Notes: generated by a model from the sequence alone, not told the origin. 64,000 bases of DNA from Prevotella sp. (GCA_031285625.1 JAITVV010000025.1:32005-96004), one strand, 5' to 3'; positions 39,393-50,352 are shown, counted from the first letter of the stretch. Numbers and translations are program-made.

Positions 39393-40847
39393 ATGGGAAT
39401 ATCTATTCTAGTCATTATCGCAATATATTTTGGAGCATTATTGCTAATATCATATTTTGTCAGTCGGAAAAACAGTGACAATGACGCTTTCTTCCTAGGA
39501 AACAGGCAATCGCCATGGTTTGTCGTGGCTATTGCTATGGTCGGTACTTCTATATCGGGTGTAACTTTTGTATCAGTACCGGGTATGGTAGGCAAATTTG
39601 ATATGACATATATGCAGATGGTCTTCGGCTTCACGGTAGGATATTTTGTTATTGCTTATGTACTATTGCCCTTATACTACAGACTTAATTTAACTACTAT
39701 TTATGGTTATCTGGAACAACGTTTTGGATTTTTTTCATATAAAACAGGAGCTTCTTTCTTTATCCTGTCTAAGATAATAGGGGCCGCTGCAAGATTATAC
39801 CTTGTTGCCATGATATTGCAAACTTTGGTATTTGATCAGTGGAACATTCCTTTTATTGTTACTGTAACAGGTATTATCTTGCTGATCTGGGCATATACAT
39901 TTCGTAGTGGTATAAAAACTATAATATGGACAGATACCTTGCAAACATCCAGTTTAATACTGGGAGTAATTCTTATTATTTGGCAAGTGGCTTCCAAGAT
40001 GGATATGGATGTGGCACAAATGGTAAACTCCATTACCAATAATGAGCATTCCCGTATTTTTGTGTTTGATGACTGGACTTCAAAGCAATACTTTTTTAAG
40101 CAATTCCTTAGCGGGATTTTTATTACAATTGTAATGACAGGACTTGATCAGGACATGATGCAGAAGAACCTTACTTGTAAAAGTTTAAAAGATGCTCAAA
40201 AAAACATGATCACCTATGGATTTGCATTTACTCCAATAAATCTTTTATTCTTGTCGTTAGGAGTACTGTTATTACTTTTTGCATCACAATATAATATAGT
40301 TTTACCCGAAACTTCAGACCAGATACTTCCTGTGTTGGCTACCGAATATTTGGGTTTCCCGGTGCTCGTTTTTTTTACAATTGGGATTATAGCCGCTGCA
40401 TTTTCAAGCGCCGATTCTGCTTTAACAGCATTGACAACCTCAGTTTGTGTAGACTTGTTGAACATAAAAAAAGAGGACGCCATAAAGGCAAAGAAGACAA
40501 GGCAAAGGGTTCATTTGTTCGTGAGCTTGGCTTTTCTACTAGTGATTCTTATTATTAATTATATACATCAAGATAACATATTGGATACAATTTATAAAGT
40601 GGCCTCTTATACCTATGGGCCATTATTAGGGTTATTCTTTTTTGGCCTATTTACCAAGGTTAGTATACGAGATAAATATGTTCCGTATATATGTGTGCTG
40701 GCACCAGTCTTGAGTTATCTGGTTGAATTTATTTTAATGAGACAGTTCTCTTATCAAGTAGGATATGAGATACTTTTATTTAATGGTTTACTCACAGTTA
40801 TTGGTTTATTTTGTTTATCCCAAAGAAGAACTCAAACAACTCTTTAA
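39393..40847 (+). CDS. Sodium:solute symporter
   Basis: FFLGNRQSPW, SGVTFVSVPG, IIWTDTLQ, GLDQDMMQK, FSSADSAL. Confidence 0.92.
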   Translation: MGISILVIIAIYFGALLLISYFVSRKNSDNDAFFLGNRQSPWFVVAIAMVGTSISGVTFVSVPGMVGKFDMTYMQMVFGFTVGYFVIAYVLLPLYYRLNLTTIYGYLEQRFGFFSYKTGASFFILSKIIGAAARLYLVAMILQTLVFDQWNIPFIVTVTGIILLIWAYTFRSGIKTIIWTDTLQTSSLILGVILIIWQVASKMDMDVAQMVNSITNNEHSRIFVFDDWTSKQYFFKQFLSGIFITIVMTGLDQDMMQKNLTCKSLKDAQKNMITYGFAFTPINLLFLSLGVLLLLFASQYNIVLPETSDQILPVLATEYLGFPVLVFFTIGIIAAAFSSADSALTALTTSVCVDLLNIKKEDAIKAKKTRQRVHLFVSLAFLLVILIINYIHQDNILDTIYKVASYTYGPLLGLFFFGLFTKVSIRDKYVPYICVLAPVLSYLVEFILMRQFSYQVGYEILLFNGLLTVIGLFCLSQRRTQTTL

Positions 40848-40890
40848 CTTATTTGTTATAAGACATAAGAGTTTATAAAACAATAACACT

Positions 40891-41190
40891 ATGTCTTTCA
40901 AGCGCATTAATCATAATCAGGCAGAAGATTTACTGAATAATTCTAATGCAATCTTAGTCGATATCAGGGATGAGGAAAGTTATAATACATCTCATGATGA
41001 GCGAGCTATTAATCTTCTACATTGGACTTTTCCACAGTTCTTATTTGAGACAAATAAGGAACTCCCTATTTTAGTTTTGTGTTATCATGGCAACAGTAGC
41101 CAGATGGTTGCTGAATTTTTATTTCAGCAAGGTTTCTCGGATGTTTATAGTATTGATGGCGGATATGCAGAATGGATATTGAATAATTAA
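40891..41190 (+). CDS. glpE: Single-domain rhodanese (GlpE-like thiosulfate sulfurtransferase)
   Basis: LVDIRD, CYHGNSSQ active-site loop, VYSIDGGY.EW. Confidence 0.8.
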   Translation: MSFKRINHNQAEDLLNNSNAILVDIRDEESYNTSHDERAINLLHWTFPQFLFETNKELPILVLCYHGNSSQMVAEFLFQQGFSDVYSIDGGYAEWILNN

Positions 41191-41335
41191 ACTTGTAAGT
41201 CTTTTTTCTTTATTAATGTAAAATAAGTGTCGTAATATTATTTGGAACCCACTTTTAGTGAAAAAAGGTTTGTTTTTTGATTAATATTTTCTTACTTTGT
41301 TATTATTGTTGTTAATTCATTAAAATAAGCTTAGT

Positions 41336-41995
41336 ATGAAAAACAGATGCTTTCTTTTATTTTTTATTTTACCTGTGCTTATATTGGCCCAAACTCAAGG
41401 TGATTTTGAAAAGAGATATATATATGATCAATTTACATCAGGTCGGGTTGTATACAAAGATGGAGGAGGTTCTAACGGATTATTTAATTATGATACAGTT
41501 CTGGAAAGATTGCTATTTGTTTCAGAAGATAAAATTCTGGAGATCTCTAACCCTTCGGATGTTGCATTTGTGAAAATTGATGACCGTACATTTGAACATA
41601 TTAAAGGTGGAATATTCTATGAAAAGATTCTTGTAAATAATGACAATGCTTTTTATATCCAATGGAAGTCAAAGCTTAAGTCGAAAGGAAAGAAAGAAGG
41701 ATATGGTATGACTTCCAATACTTCGGCTGTCACTAGTTGGGAAGATGTATATACAGGGCATTCACCAGTAGTGAAATTGAATGTGAACGAGGATCTCTTT
41801 GTTGATTCCAATAATTCATATTATTTGAAAATCAAAAATTCTTATAAAAAGTTTTATTCTTTAGATTCTCTAGCTAAATTATTCAAAGGGAGAGAGGAAG
41901 AAATAAAGGGATACTTAAAAGATCAGAATCTCAACTTTAAAAAACTTAATGATATTAAAAAAGCTATTGAATACTGCTCCCAATATATGGAATAA
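41336..41995 (+). CDS. Hypothetical secreted protein
   Basis: Signal peptide, 219 aa, followed by a terminator. Confidence 0.7.
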   Translation: MKNRCFLLFFILPVLILAQTQGDFEKRYIYDQFTSGRVVYKDGGGSNGLFNYDTVLERLLFVSEDKILEISNPSDVAFVKIDDRTFEHIKGGIFYEKILVNNDNAFYIQWKSKLKSKGKKEGYGMTSNTSAVTSWEDVYTGHSPVVKLNVNEDLFVDSNNSYYLKIKNSYKKFYSLDSLAKLFKGREEEIKGYLKDQNLNFKKLNDIKKAIEYCSQYME

Positions 41996-42014
41996 TGAAA
42001 ACATCAATATAAGT

Positions 42015-42039
42015 AAGGCATGATTTAGTCATGCCTTTT
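42015..42039 (+). terminator. Intrinsic terminator
   Basis: AAGGCATGA/TCATGCCTT stem plus T tract. Confidence 0.75.
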
Positions 42040-42228
42040 ATTTTGTGCATTAAGTAATATAATCTTATCCTGTGAGACTTATAAGTTATTACCTATCAGT
42101 ATATAAAAAAGATCTATGGATAAAATAGTATTATTTTGCTCTTTTTTGTATAAATTAGTTTGTTTATTCATGAATACTTTTTTCCTTTGTTATTGATTAA
42201 AATACTATCTGTTATTTAAAAGTAAGTA

Positions 42229-44076
42229 ATGCAAAGCACAGTAAAAATTAAAGACGTAAAAGACATAGTCGTACGTTTTTCTGGTGATTCGGGAGATGGT
42301 ATGCAGTTAACCGGAACCATCTTTTCTAACCTTTCCGCAATCTTTGGAAATCAAATATCAACATTTCCTGATTTTCCGGCCGAAATTCGTGCGCCACAAG
42401 GAACTCTTTCCGGTGTTTCCGGGTTTCAGGTACATTTAGGCAACCAGATATATAATTCAGGAGATAAATCTGATGTCTTGGTGGCTATGAATCCTGCAGC
42501 TTTGAAAGTAAATGCTAAATCATTGAAAAAGGATTCTGTGATAATTATCGATACGGATTCCTTTGCCAAAAGAGACTTGGAAAAAGCATTATTTGCTACA
42601 GAAGAGCCATTTAAGGAATTAGGTCTTACCACCCAGCAAGTAATAGCTGTACCTATCACATCTCTCACTAAAAGTAGCCTGGAAGGTATGGAAATGGATA
42701 TGAAATCCCGGGTACGTAGTAAGAATATGTTTGCACTAGGATTAGTGTGCTGGCTATTTAACCGGCCTCTTGATGTAGCTAATCATATGCTTTCTGCTAA
42801 ATTTGCCAAAAAACCTGTTCTGGTAGAAGCTAACCTGAAAGTATTGGCAGATGGTTTTAATTATGGACACAATACAGATATGTCAATATCATCATACAGG
42901 GTAGAAACTGTAAATGTTGATAAAGGCTTTTATATAGATGTTAATGGTAATACTGCAGCGGCATATGGGTTGATCGCTGCTTCCGAGAATTCAGGCAAAC
43001 CTTTATTTCTGGGATCATACCCGATTACACCAGCTACAGATATTTTACACGAACTAGTGAAGTTTAAGCAACTTGGAGTAAAAGCCATTCAGGTAGAAGA
43101 TGAGATTGCTGGTGTTTGTACTGCTATAGGTGCCAGCTTTGCTGGTAGCTTAGCTGCGACTTCAACCTCAGGACCTGGTTTGGCTCTTAAGAGTGAAGCT
43201 ATTGGGCTCGCTGTAATGGCAGAATTACCTTTGGTTGTTATAGATGTTCAGCGTGGTGGACCATCTACCGGCTTGCCAACAAAAACAGAACAAACAGACC
43301 TTCGTCAGGCATTATATGGACGTAATGGCGAAAGCCCTATTGTTGTTCTGGCGGGCGCAAGTCCTACAGACTGTTTTGATATGGCATACTGGGCATCTAA
43401 GATTGCATTGGAACACATTATGCCTGTAATATTACTTACTGACGGATACATTGCAAACGGTTCTTCAGCATGGCGTATTCCTGATCTGGATAAATATCCG
43501 GCAATTGTACCTCATGATGTTACACAATATAAAGGAAATGAGTGGCGTAGCGCGCTACGAAATGACGAAACAATGGTCCGTTATTGGGCAGAAGCAGGTT
43601 TAGAGGGTTATACTCATCGCATAGGGGGACTCGAAAAAGATTTTAATACAGGTGCCATATCAACAGATGCTGACAACCACCAAAAGATGACAGATGTGCG
43701 TCAGGCTAAAGTGGATAAAGTTGCAGATGTTATTCCTCAACTGGAATTGATCGGAGGTGAAGATGCTGATTTACTTGTTGTAGGGTGGGGAGGAACATAT
43801 GGCCATCTACGCGAAGCGGTAGAAAAAATGAATGCAAACGGGGATAAGGTAGCTTTAGCACATTTCCGGTTTATCAACCCATTACCAAAGAATACAGAAT
43901 CTGTACTCAGGAAATTCAAAAAGATAATTGTTGCAGAGCTTAATAATGGACAACTAGCAGGTTTTTTGATGGAAAAAATACCTGGATTGCAAGTATCCCG
44001 TTATAATAAAGTAGAAGGGCAACCTTTTGCTGTTTCTGAATTAATAGATGCATTTACAAAGAAGTTAGGAGAGTAA
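42229..44076 (+). CDS. korA: 2-oxoacid:ferredoxin oxidoreductase alpha subunit
   Basis: RFSGDSGDGMQLTG, SYPITPAT, EDEIAG, TSGPG, QRGGPSTGLPT. Confidence 0.93.
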   Translation: MQSTVKIKDVKDIVVRFSGDSGDGMQLTGTIFSNLSAIFGNQISTFPDFPAEIRAPQGTLSGVSGFQVHLGNQIYNSGDKSDVLVAMNPAALKVNAKSLKKDSVIIIDTDSFAKRDLEKALFATEEPFKELGLTTQQVIAVPITSLTKSSLEGMEMDMKSRVRSKNMFALGLVCWLFNRPLDVANHMLSAKFAKKPVLVEANLKVLADGFNYGHNTDMSISSYRVETVNVDKGFYIDVNGNTAAAYGLIAASENSGKPLFLGSYPITPATDILHELVKFKQLGVKAIQVEDEIAGVCTAIGASFAGSLAATSTSGPGLALKSEAIGLAVMAELPLVVIDVQRGGPSTGLPTKTEQTDLRQALYGRNGESPIVVLAGASPTDCFDMAYWASKIALEHIMPVILLTDGYIANGSSAWRIPDLDKYPAIVPHDVTQYKGNEWRSALRNDETMVRYWAEAGLEGYTHRIGGLEKDFNTGAISTDADNHQKMTDVRQAKVDKVADVIPQLELIGGEDADLLVVGWGGTYGHLREAVEKMNANGDKVALAHFRFINPLPKNTESVLRKFKKIIVAELNNGQLAGFLMEKIPGLQVSRYNKVEGQPFAVSELIDAFTKKLGE

Positions 44077-44080
44077 AGTT

Positions 44081-45115
44081 ATGATAGATATAAATTTAAA
44101 GATGGCTTCATCCCATCAGTCAAAAGATTATAAGAGCGATCAGTATGTGCGTTGGTGTCCGGGATGTGGAGACCATGCTCTTCTCAATTGTTTACATAAA
44201 GCAATGGCTGAGCTTGATATCGAACCTCATATGACGGCAGTGATATCGGGTATTGGTTGTTCGTCACGTTTACCATATTATATGAATACATATGGTTTTC
44301 ATACGATTCATGGCCGTGGCGCAGCAATAGCAACAGGTGTAAAAACAGCAAAACCCGAGTTGTCAGTTTGGTTGGCAACAGGAGATGGTGACTGTTTGGC
44401 TATTGGTGGGAATCATTTTATCCATGCTGTACGCCGTAATGTGGATATTAATATTCTATTATTGAATAACAAAATATATGGACTGACTAAAGGGCAATTT
44501 TCACCGACATCGGATAGAGGGTTTGTGTCTAAATCTTCTCCATATGGAACAGTAGAAGATCCGTTTCATCCAGTAGAATTAGCATTAGGGGCCCGTGGCA
44601 CTTTCTTTGCCCGCTGTATTGATGTTGATCTTGCAAACACTACAGAAATCTTGACGATTGCAGCCAGACATAAAGGAACATCTGTTGTGGAAGTGTTGCA
44701 AAATTGCGTGATCTTTAATGATGCAATACACGATAATATAGTGGATAAAGCATGGAGAGCAGAGCGTACGATTTTACTTAAACATGGTGAAAAAATGCTT
44801 TTTGGAGCAAACAAAGATAAAGGTCTAGTTATGGACGGATGGCAAATAAAAGATGTTATAATAGGTCAGAATGGATATACTATTGATGATGTATTGGTAC
44901 ATGACGCTACATCTCAAGATAATACTTTGCATATGAAACTAGGTTTAATGTCTCCGGAGAATGGTTTACCTTTAGCATTGGGAGTTATTCGCGATGTGGA
45001 AGCATTAACTTATGACGGAGGTGTAAAAGATCAGATTGAAGAGGTGCAAGCTAAGAATCCGGTTCGTAAACTTAGAGATTATCTAATGAAACAGGATATT
45101 TGGGAAGTAAAATAG
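44081..45115 (+). CDS. korB: 2-oxoacid:ferredoxin oxidoreductase beta subunit
   Basis: WCPGCGD, SGIGCSSR, GDGD...NN TPP motif, YGLTKGQ.SPT. Confidence 0.93.
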   Translation: MIDINLKMASSHQSKDYKSDQYVRWCPGCGDHALLNCLHKAMAELDIEPHMTAVISGIGCSSRLPYYMNTYGFHTIHGRGAAIATGVKTAKPELSVWLATGDGDCLAIGGNHFIHAVRRNVDINILLLNNKIYGLTKGQFSPTSDRGFVSKSSPYGTVEDPFHPVELALGARGTFFARCIDVDLANTTEILTIAARHKGTSVVEVLQNCVIFNDAIHDNIVDKAWRAERTILLKHGEKMLFGANKDKGLVMDGWQIKDVIIGQNGYTIDDVLVHDATSQDNTLHMKLGLMSPENGLPLALGVIRDVEALTYDGGVKDQIEEVQAKNPVRKLRDYLMKQDIWEVK

Positions 45116-45134
45116 TTTCAAAAATCTAATATAG

Positions 45135-45167
45135 AAAGTCTCTAATATCAAATTAGAGACTTTTTTT
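45135..45167 (+). terminator. Terminator after korAB
   Basis: AAAGTCTCTAAT/ATTAGAGACTTT plus T tract. Confidence 0.85.
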
Positions 45168-45227
45168 GTTTTAGTACTTGCAAACAAGATCTAAAGAATA
45201 TTTTCAGTAAAAAACACGGGAAGAAAT

Positions 45228-45258
45228 TTTGAAAAATTAAAAATAGCCTCTATATTTG
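45228..45258 (+). promoter_or_regulatory. Canonical Bacteroidetes promoter for the tRNA pair
   Basis: TTTG (45228-45231), 19-nt spacer, TATATTTG (45251-45258). Confidence 0.8.
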
Positions 45259-45269
45259 CACTCTCAATT

Positions 45270-45342
<73 letters not shown>

Positions 45343-45383
45343 CAGATGTGACAAGAGGTCACATTTTTTGTTTAAGCATACAC

Positions 45384-45467
45384 GCACACGTGGTGGAATT
45401 GGTAGACATGCTACTTTGAGGGGGTAGTGCTCGCAAGGGCGTAGGGGTTCAAGTCCCCTCGTGTGTA
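45384..45467 (+). tRNA. tRNA-Leu(GAG)
   Basis: GCACACG/CGTGTGT acceptor, CTACT-TTGAGGG-GGTAG anticodon arm, long variable arm, GGTTCAAGTCC. Confidence 0.95.
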
Positions 45468-45472
45468 CTTAT

Positions 45473-45502
45473 AGCCTGATAGATTTTTCTGTCAGGCTTT
45501 TT
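45473..45502 (+). terminator. Terminator after tRNA-Leu(GAG)
   Basis: AGCCTGATAGA/TCTGTCAGGCT plus T tract. Confidence 0.85.
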
Positions 45503-45668
45503 ACTTCTTTTACCTCTATTTATTTCCCTTTAATTCATCGGTCATTTCTCCCATTGACATAGATTTTTTCCAATATGGGGTATAATTACTATTTTTTGGT
45601 TTTTCTTAATTTTGTCTCAAGTGAATATATTTCTTTAATCTAGTGTGCAAGTGCCTAATTTTAGTAAA

Positions 45669-45734
45669 TGTTACCAAAGTATAAGTATTTGTACTAATTA
45701 TTATATGATTTTAGTATAACTTCCTTTATACTTG
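45669..45734 (+). promoter_or_regulatory. Putative HTCS-activated promoter of the GH32 gene
   Basis: Two 21-bp-period direct repeats (45669-45689, 45690-45710), 16 nt, then a degenerate -7 element TATACTTG. Confidence 0.65.
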
Positions 45735-45766
45735 CGTTAAAATTAATATTAAAAATATCGATTATC

Positions 45767-47413
45767 ATGAAATTACTAACCAGAACAGCACTTAGTGCAC
45801 TCATCTATTTTTTTTCGGTCTTTTCTATATATGCAGGAGATATAACCATTAAAATAACGAAAAAATATCTTAATCTACCCGTTTCTCACAATGTAAACAG
45901 GGCGCATATGAGTTTTGAGATTGATGGCAAGCAGGAACGTTCGTTTGTTATTCGCCTGGCCCCGGCTGAAGCCGATTACTGGGTATTCTGCGATGTAGAG
46001 CATCTGAAAGGGAAAACAATAAAAATAAGTTATAACGGTGATACTGCCGGACTGAGTAAAATCTATCAGGACGACAAGATAGAAGGTTCGGAAAGTCTCT
46101 ATAAAGAAAAGAATCGCCCTCAATTTCATTTTACAACACAACGCGGATGGATAAATGATCCTAACGGGCTAATATACTACGATGGGGAATATCACCTTTT
46201 CTATCAGCATAATCCATATGAAAAAGATTGGGAGAATATGCATTGGGGGCACGCCGTAAGCCGTGACCTTGTACATTGGAACCAGTTACCGGAAGCGCTT
46301 TATCCCGATCATCTTGGTACCATGTTTTCAGGTTCGGCTGTAATCGATTATGATAATACGGCCGGTTATAATAAAGGGAATACACCGGCAATGATTGTTT
46401 TCTTTACAGCTGCCGGCCCCGAAAAACAAGTGCAGGGGATGGCATACAGTCTCGACAAAGGGAGAACTTGGACGAAATATGATAAAAACCCGTTGATAGA
46501 CTCCAAAGCAAAATGGAATAGTCAGGATACACGCGATCCGAAAGTGTTTTGGTATAAACCGTCGAATCATTGGGTAATGGTACTCAACGAACGTGACGGT
46601 CATTCTATATATACATCCAAAGACCTGAGGGAGTGGACTTATCAAAGCCATACAACCGGATTCTGGGAATGCCCTGAGTTATTTGAACTACCGATAGATG
46701 GCAACAAGAATAATACCAAATGGGTGATGTATGGCGCTTCGGGAACATATATGTTGGGGCAATTTGATGGAAAAGTATTTACACCTGAATCGGGTAAGTA
46801 TTATTATACTTCGGGTACAATTTATGCTGCACAGACTTTTACCAATATACCAGACAGTGACGGACGGCGCATACAGATAGGATGGGGTAGGATACAGAAT
46901 CCAGGTATGTCTTTTAATGGCATTATGACTCTACCTACCGAATTAACATTGCGGACTACTAAGGATGGGCCCCGGCTTTATAGCGTACCCGTAAAAGAAA
47001 CCGAACAATTATTTTCTTCGGTAAAGTCGTGGAGTAACCTGACATCAAATGATGCCAATGCTAAGATGAAAGAGTTTTATAACGCTGATTGTCTGCGTAT
47101 AAAAACAACAATAAAACTATCACATGCTACTGATGCCGGATTTAATCTTTTCGGACAACGTATGATTGATTATGACATGAACGGTAATAAGCTTAATGGC
47201 ATGTTTTATTCTCCTCAGAATATGACCAGCATGGAACTGACTGCAGATATCTATATAGACCGTACTTCTATCGAGGTATTTATAGATGGCGGAATATATT
47301 CTTATTCTATGAGCCGGAAACCGGACAATGATAACGCAGAAGGTTTTCATTTCTGGGGAAATAATATAACAGTAAAAGATCTGGAAGTATTTTCCGTGAA
47401 GTCGATCTGGTAG
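45767..47413 (+). CDS. GH32 beta-fructofuranosidase/levanase with N-terminal extra domain
   Basis: Signal peptide, WINDPNG nucleophile, FSGSA, RDPKV, WECP acid/base. Confidence 0.95.
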   Translation: MKLLTRTALSALIYFFSVFSIYAGDITIKITKKYLNLPVSHNVNRAHMSFEIDGKQERSFVIRLAPAEADYWVFCDVEHLKGKTIKISYNGDTAGLSKIYQDDKIEGSESLYKEKNRPQFHFTTQRGWINDPNGLIYYDGEYHLFYQHNPYEKDWENMHWGHAVSRDLVHWNQLPEALYPDHLGTMFSGSAVIDYDNTAGYNKGNTPAMIVFFTAAGPEKQVQGMAYSLDKGRTWTKYDKNPLIDSKAKWNSQDTRDPKVFWYKPSNHWVMVLNERDGHSIYTSKDLREWTYQSHTTGFWECPELFELPIDGNKNNTKWVMYGASGTYMLGQFDGKVFTPESGKYYYTSGTIYAAQTFTNIPDSDGRRIQIGWGRIQNPGMSFNGIMTLPTELTLRTTKDGPRLYSVPVKETEQLFSSVKSWSNLTSNDANAKMKEFYNADCLRIKTTIKLSHATDAGFNLFGQRMIDYDMNGNKLNGMFYSPQNMTSMELTADIYIDRTSIEVFIDGGIYSYSMSRKPDNDNAEGFHFWGNNITVKDLEVFSVKSIW

Positions 47414-47421
47414 ACTATCAT

Positions 47422-47454
47422 AAAAAACGCCTTGATATCTTCAAGGCGTTTTTT
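47422..47454 (+). terminator. Terminator after GH32
   Basis: AAAAAACGCCTTGA/TCAAGGCGTTTTTT perfect stem. Confidence 0.85.
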
Positions 47455-47542
47455 ATAATTCACAATGGTTAAATAGTATAATCCATACTTGATATATAGC
47501 AAAAGGCTTATATCTTCATAACCATTAATACTATATAATACT

Positions 47543-50293
47543 ATGAAACCCAGAATATCTATCCTATCCCTATTATTTGTATTTATTTCATTTGCATGCT
47601 CCGACAACTCCGATGACAATACCAAATATGTTATTGGATTTTCGCAATGTACATCAGATCCATGGAGGGAGGCTGTGGTTATGGAAATGCAGATCGAAGC
47701 TTCCAATTACAAAGATGTAGAACTTGTGGTATACAATGCCTTAGGTAATAATAGCCGCCAGATAAGCCAGATACGAAAACTTATTTCCCAGAATGTAGAC
47801 GTATTGATTATATCGCCAAACGAGGCTGTTCCGATTACAGATGTAGCCGTTGAAGCTTACCATAAAGGTATCCCTACCATTATTCACGACAGAAAAATCC
47901 AATCGGATGAATACACTGTTTCCATTGGGGCCAATAACTATAATATAGGCTTGGCTATCGGTGAATATGTAAACAAAATATTACCTAAGGAATCTAACAT
48001 ATTGGAGATATGGGGGCTTGAAGGTTCTTCCCCGGCTATTGAGCGTCACGAGGGTTTTATGTATATTCTGGATAAATATAAAGTAGAACAAATTTATGGC
48101 AAGTGGCAATATAATGTAGCATTAGACGAAGTCGAAAAAATAAACTCCTACGATAATATCGATCTTATTTTTGCACACAACGATATTATGGCCATTGCTG
48201 CCAAAGACGCTATAAAAAGAAAAGATTCGATAGCAGCAGAACGAATTAAATTTATAGGTATCGATGGAGTATATGGCGATAATTCAGGAATAGAGGCAGT
48301 TGCAAACGGGGAGTTTGAGGCATCGTTTCAATATCCGACAGGGGGAGCTTTGGCTATAGAAGTAGCTATGAATATAATAAAAGGAAAAACTGTTCAGAAA
48401 AATTACTCCCTGAATACTACTATTATAGATAAGACAAATGCTAAAACAATACTGGCACAGTCAGAACAATTAAATAACTATCAAAAACGGATTAATAAAC
48501 AAAAGGAAGAAGAGGTTAGCCTGCTGTCCAGATTCAGATTCTTAAGAAATTCAACTTTTTTAATACTAGGGCTACTATTAATAATAATTCCATTGCTGAT
48601 TTATGTTATGTATATGAACCTTAAAATTAAAAACAAGAATAAAGAATTATATGAAAAAAATTTATTGGTAGAAAATCAGAAACAAGAGCTATTTGTCAAA
48701 AACGAACAAATAGAAAATATATCTAACCAGAAATTACAGTTTTTTACTAATATTTCCCACGAGATCAGAACACCCATTACCTTAATTGCAGCTCCTATAA
48801 ATAAAATAATAAAGAGTAAAAAAATAGATAGTTCTTTGCATGAAGACCTTATACTTATCAAGCGAAATGTTGACAGGCTTTATCGTATTGTAAACCAGAT
48901 ATTAGATTTTCGCAGAATAGATAATAATAAAATGAGGCTTATTGTCAGGCGGGTAGATATAATTACAATGATAATGGAGATCCTTGACTATTTTAACGGG
49001 ATAGCTGAGGAAAAACAAATACAATATGAGTTTAAGACAGATATTAAAGAATGCTATATATTCCTGGATGTAAATAAGATTGAGCAGGTTCTGGTAAACA
49101 TACTATCCAATGCTTTCAAATACTCGTCAAAGAAAGGCCATGTATATGTTTTAGTCGAAGAACAGGAAGAATCTGTTACCATAAAAATAAAAGATCGGGG
49201 AAAAGGATTGACAGAAGAGGAACAACAACTTTTGTTTGACCGTTTTTATACCGGAAATAAAAATCTGGGAGTTTCGGGTTTTGGTATCGGCTTGAATCTG
49301 GCAAAGGAATATGTAGACTTGCATGATGGTGATATTCAGGTCGAGAGTCAGTACGGAGAATATACGCTTTTCACCGTCACTTTATTTAAGGATATCAGCC
49401 ATTATTCCAGAGAATATACACTTGAAGAGAATCCGATTCTTGAATTTGATTCTCAAAATAAGATAATAGATAAGGAATTGATAAATGAAAAATTGTCACA
49501 ATTCTATGATTATAAGATTTTGGTTGTAGAAGACGATTCCGATGTAAGAAATTTTTTAAAGAAAGAATTAGCTGAAAACTTTGAAGTAAGAGTATCTGAA
49601 AATGCTCAGGAGGCAATCAATATATTAAATGAAGGGAGTGATATATCCCTTATAGTAAGTGATGTTTTAATGCCTGGTATGAATGGCTTCCAATTAAGCA
49701 ACAGAATTAAGACAGACCTGGCTTTTAGTCATATACCTATTATTCTGTTAACAGCTTTATCTGAAAACAATCAGCGGATGTATGGTTTCCTTGAGGGAGC
49801 TGACGATTATATACAAAAACCATTCGATGTAGATTTTCTAAAAACAAGGATTATAAGCATTATTCATGAACGGTTGAGGATGAAAGAAACCTTCATGCAA
49901 AAAATGCAATCCGGCTTTATCGATAATGCAGCAATAGATGATATTGTCAGTATAGATGATAATTTTAGGCGTAAGTTACTGGATTTGATAGAAATTTCAT
50001 ATGAAAATTCAGACTTTAGTATAGAAGAGCTAAGTGGAGACATTGGTTTATCAAGAGTACACCTTTACAGAAAGATAAAAACACTTTTTGGAATATCTCC
50101 TACAGACTTCCTCAGAAACTACCGGCTAAATAAAGCTGTGATATTATTAAAACAAAAACAATATACCATAAGTGAAATTACATATATGACAGGTTTTTCT
50201 TCTCCGGCATATTTTACAAAATGCTTTAAGACATTGTATAATGTAACCCCTACAGAATACATTGTTTCTTCTGGTAAAAAGATTGATTGTTGA
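47543..50293 (+). CDS. Hybrid two-component sensor with a periplasmic sugar-binding domain (BT1754-like fructose sensor)
   Basis: N-terminal periplasmic-binding-protein domain (IGFSQCTSDPWR), TM, FTNISHEIRTP His kinase, GFGIGL, receiver (SDVLMP), AraC HTH (GFSSPAYFTKCFK). Confidence 0.92.
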   Translation: MKPRISILSLLFVFISFACSDNSDDNTKYVIGFSQCTSDPWREAVVMEMQIEASNYKDVELVVYNALGNNSRQISQIRKLISQNVDVLIISPNEAVPITDVAVEAYHKGIPTIIHDRKIQSDEYTVSIGANNYNIGLAIGEYVNKILPKESNILEIWGLEGSSPAIERHEGFMYILDKYKVEQIYGKWQYNVALDEVEKINSYDNIDLIFAHNDIMAIAAKDAIKRKDSIAAERIKFIGIDGVYGDNSGIEAVANGEFEASFQYPTGGALAIEVAMNIIKGKTVQKNYSLNTTIIDKTNAKTILAQSEQLNNYQKRINKQKEEEVSLLSRFRFLRNSTFLILGLLLIIIPLLIYVMYMNLKIKNKNKELYEKNLLVENQKQELFVKNEQIENISNQKLQFFTNISHEIRTPITLIAAPINKIIKSKKIDSSLHEDLILIKRNVDRLYRIVNQILDFRRIDNNKMRLIVRRVDIITMIMEILDYFNGIAEEKQIQYEFKTDIKECYIFLDVNKIEQVLVNILSNAFKYSSKKGHVYVLVEEQEESVTIKIKDRGKGLTEEEQQLLFDRFYTGNKNLGVSGFGIGLNLAKEYVDLHDGDIQVESQYGEYTLFTVTLFKDISHYSREYTLEENPILEFDSQNKIIDKELINEKLSQFYDYKILVVEDDSDVRNFLKKELAENFEVRVSENAQEAINILNEGSDISLIVSDVLMPGMNGFQLSNRIKTDLAFSHIPIILLTALSENNQRMYGFLEGADDYIQKPFDVDFLKTRIISIIHERLRMKETFMQKMQSGFIDNAAIDDIVSIDDNFRRKLLDLIEISYENSDFSIEELSGDIGLSRVHLYRKIKTLFGISPTDFLRNYRLNKAVILLKQKQYTISEITYMTGFSSPAYFTKCFKTLYNVTPTEYIVSSGKKIDC

Positions 50294-50352
50294 TGTAAGG
50301 TATTTATAATCATAAATTTGTATATTTTTTATCTGTTTATTTTTTTTCTCTA

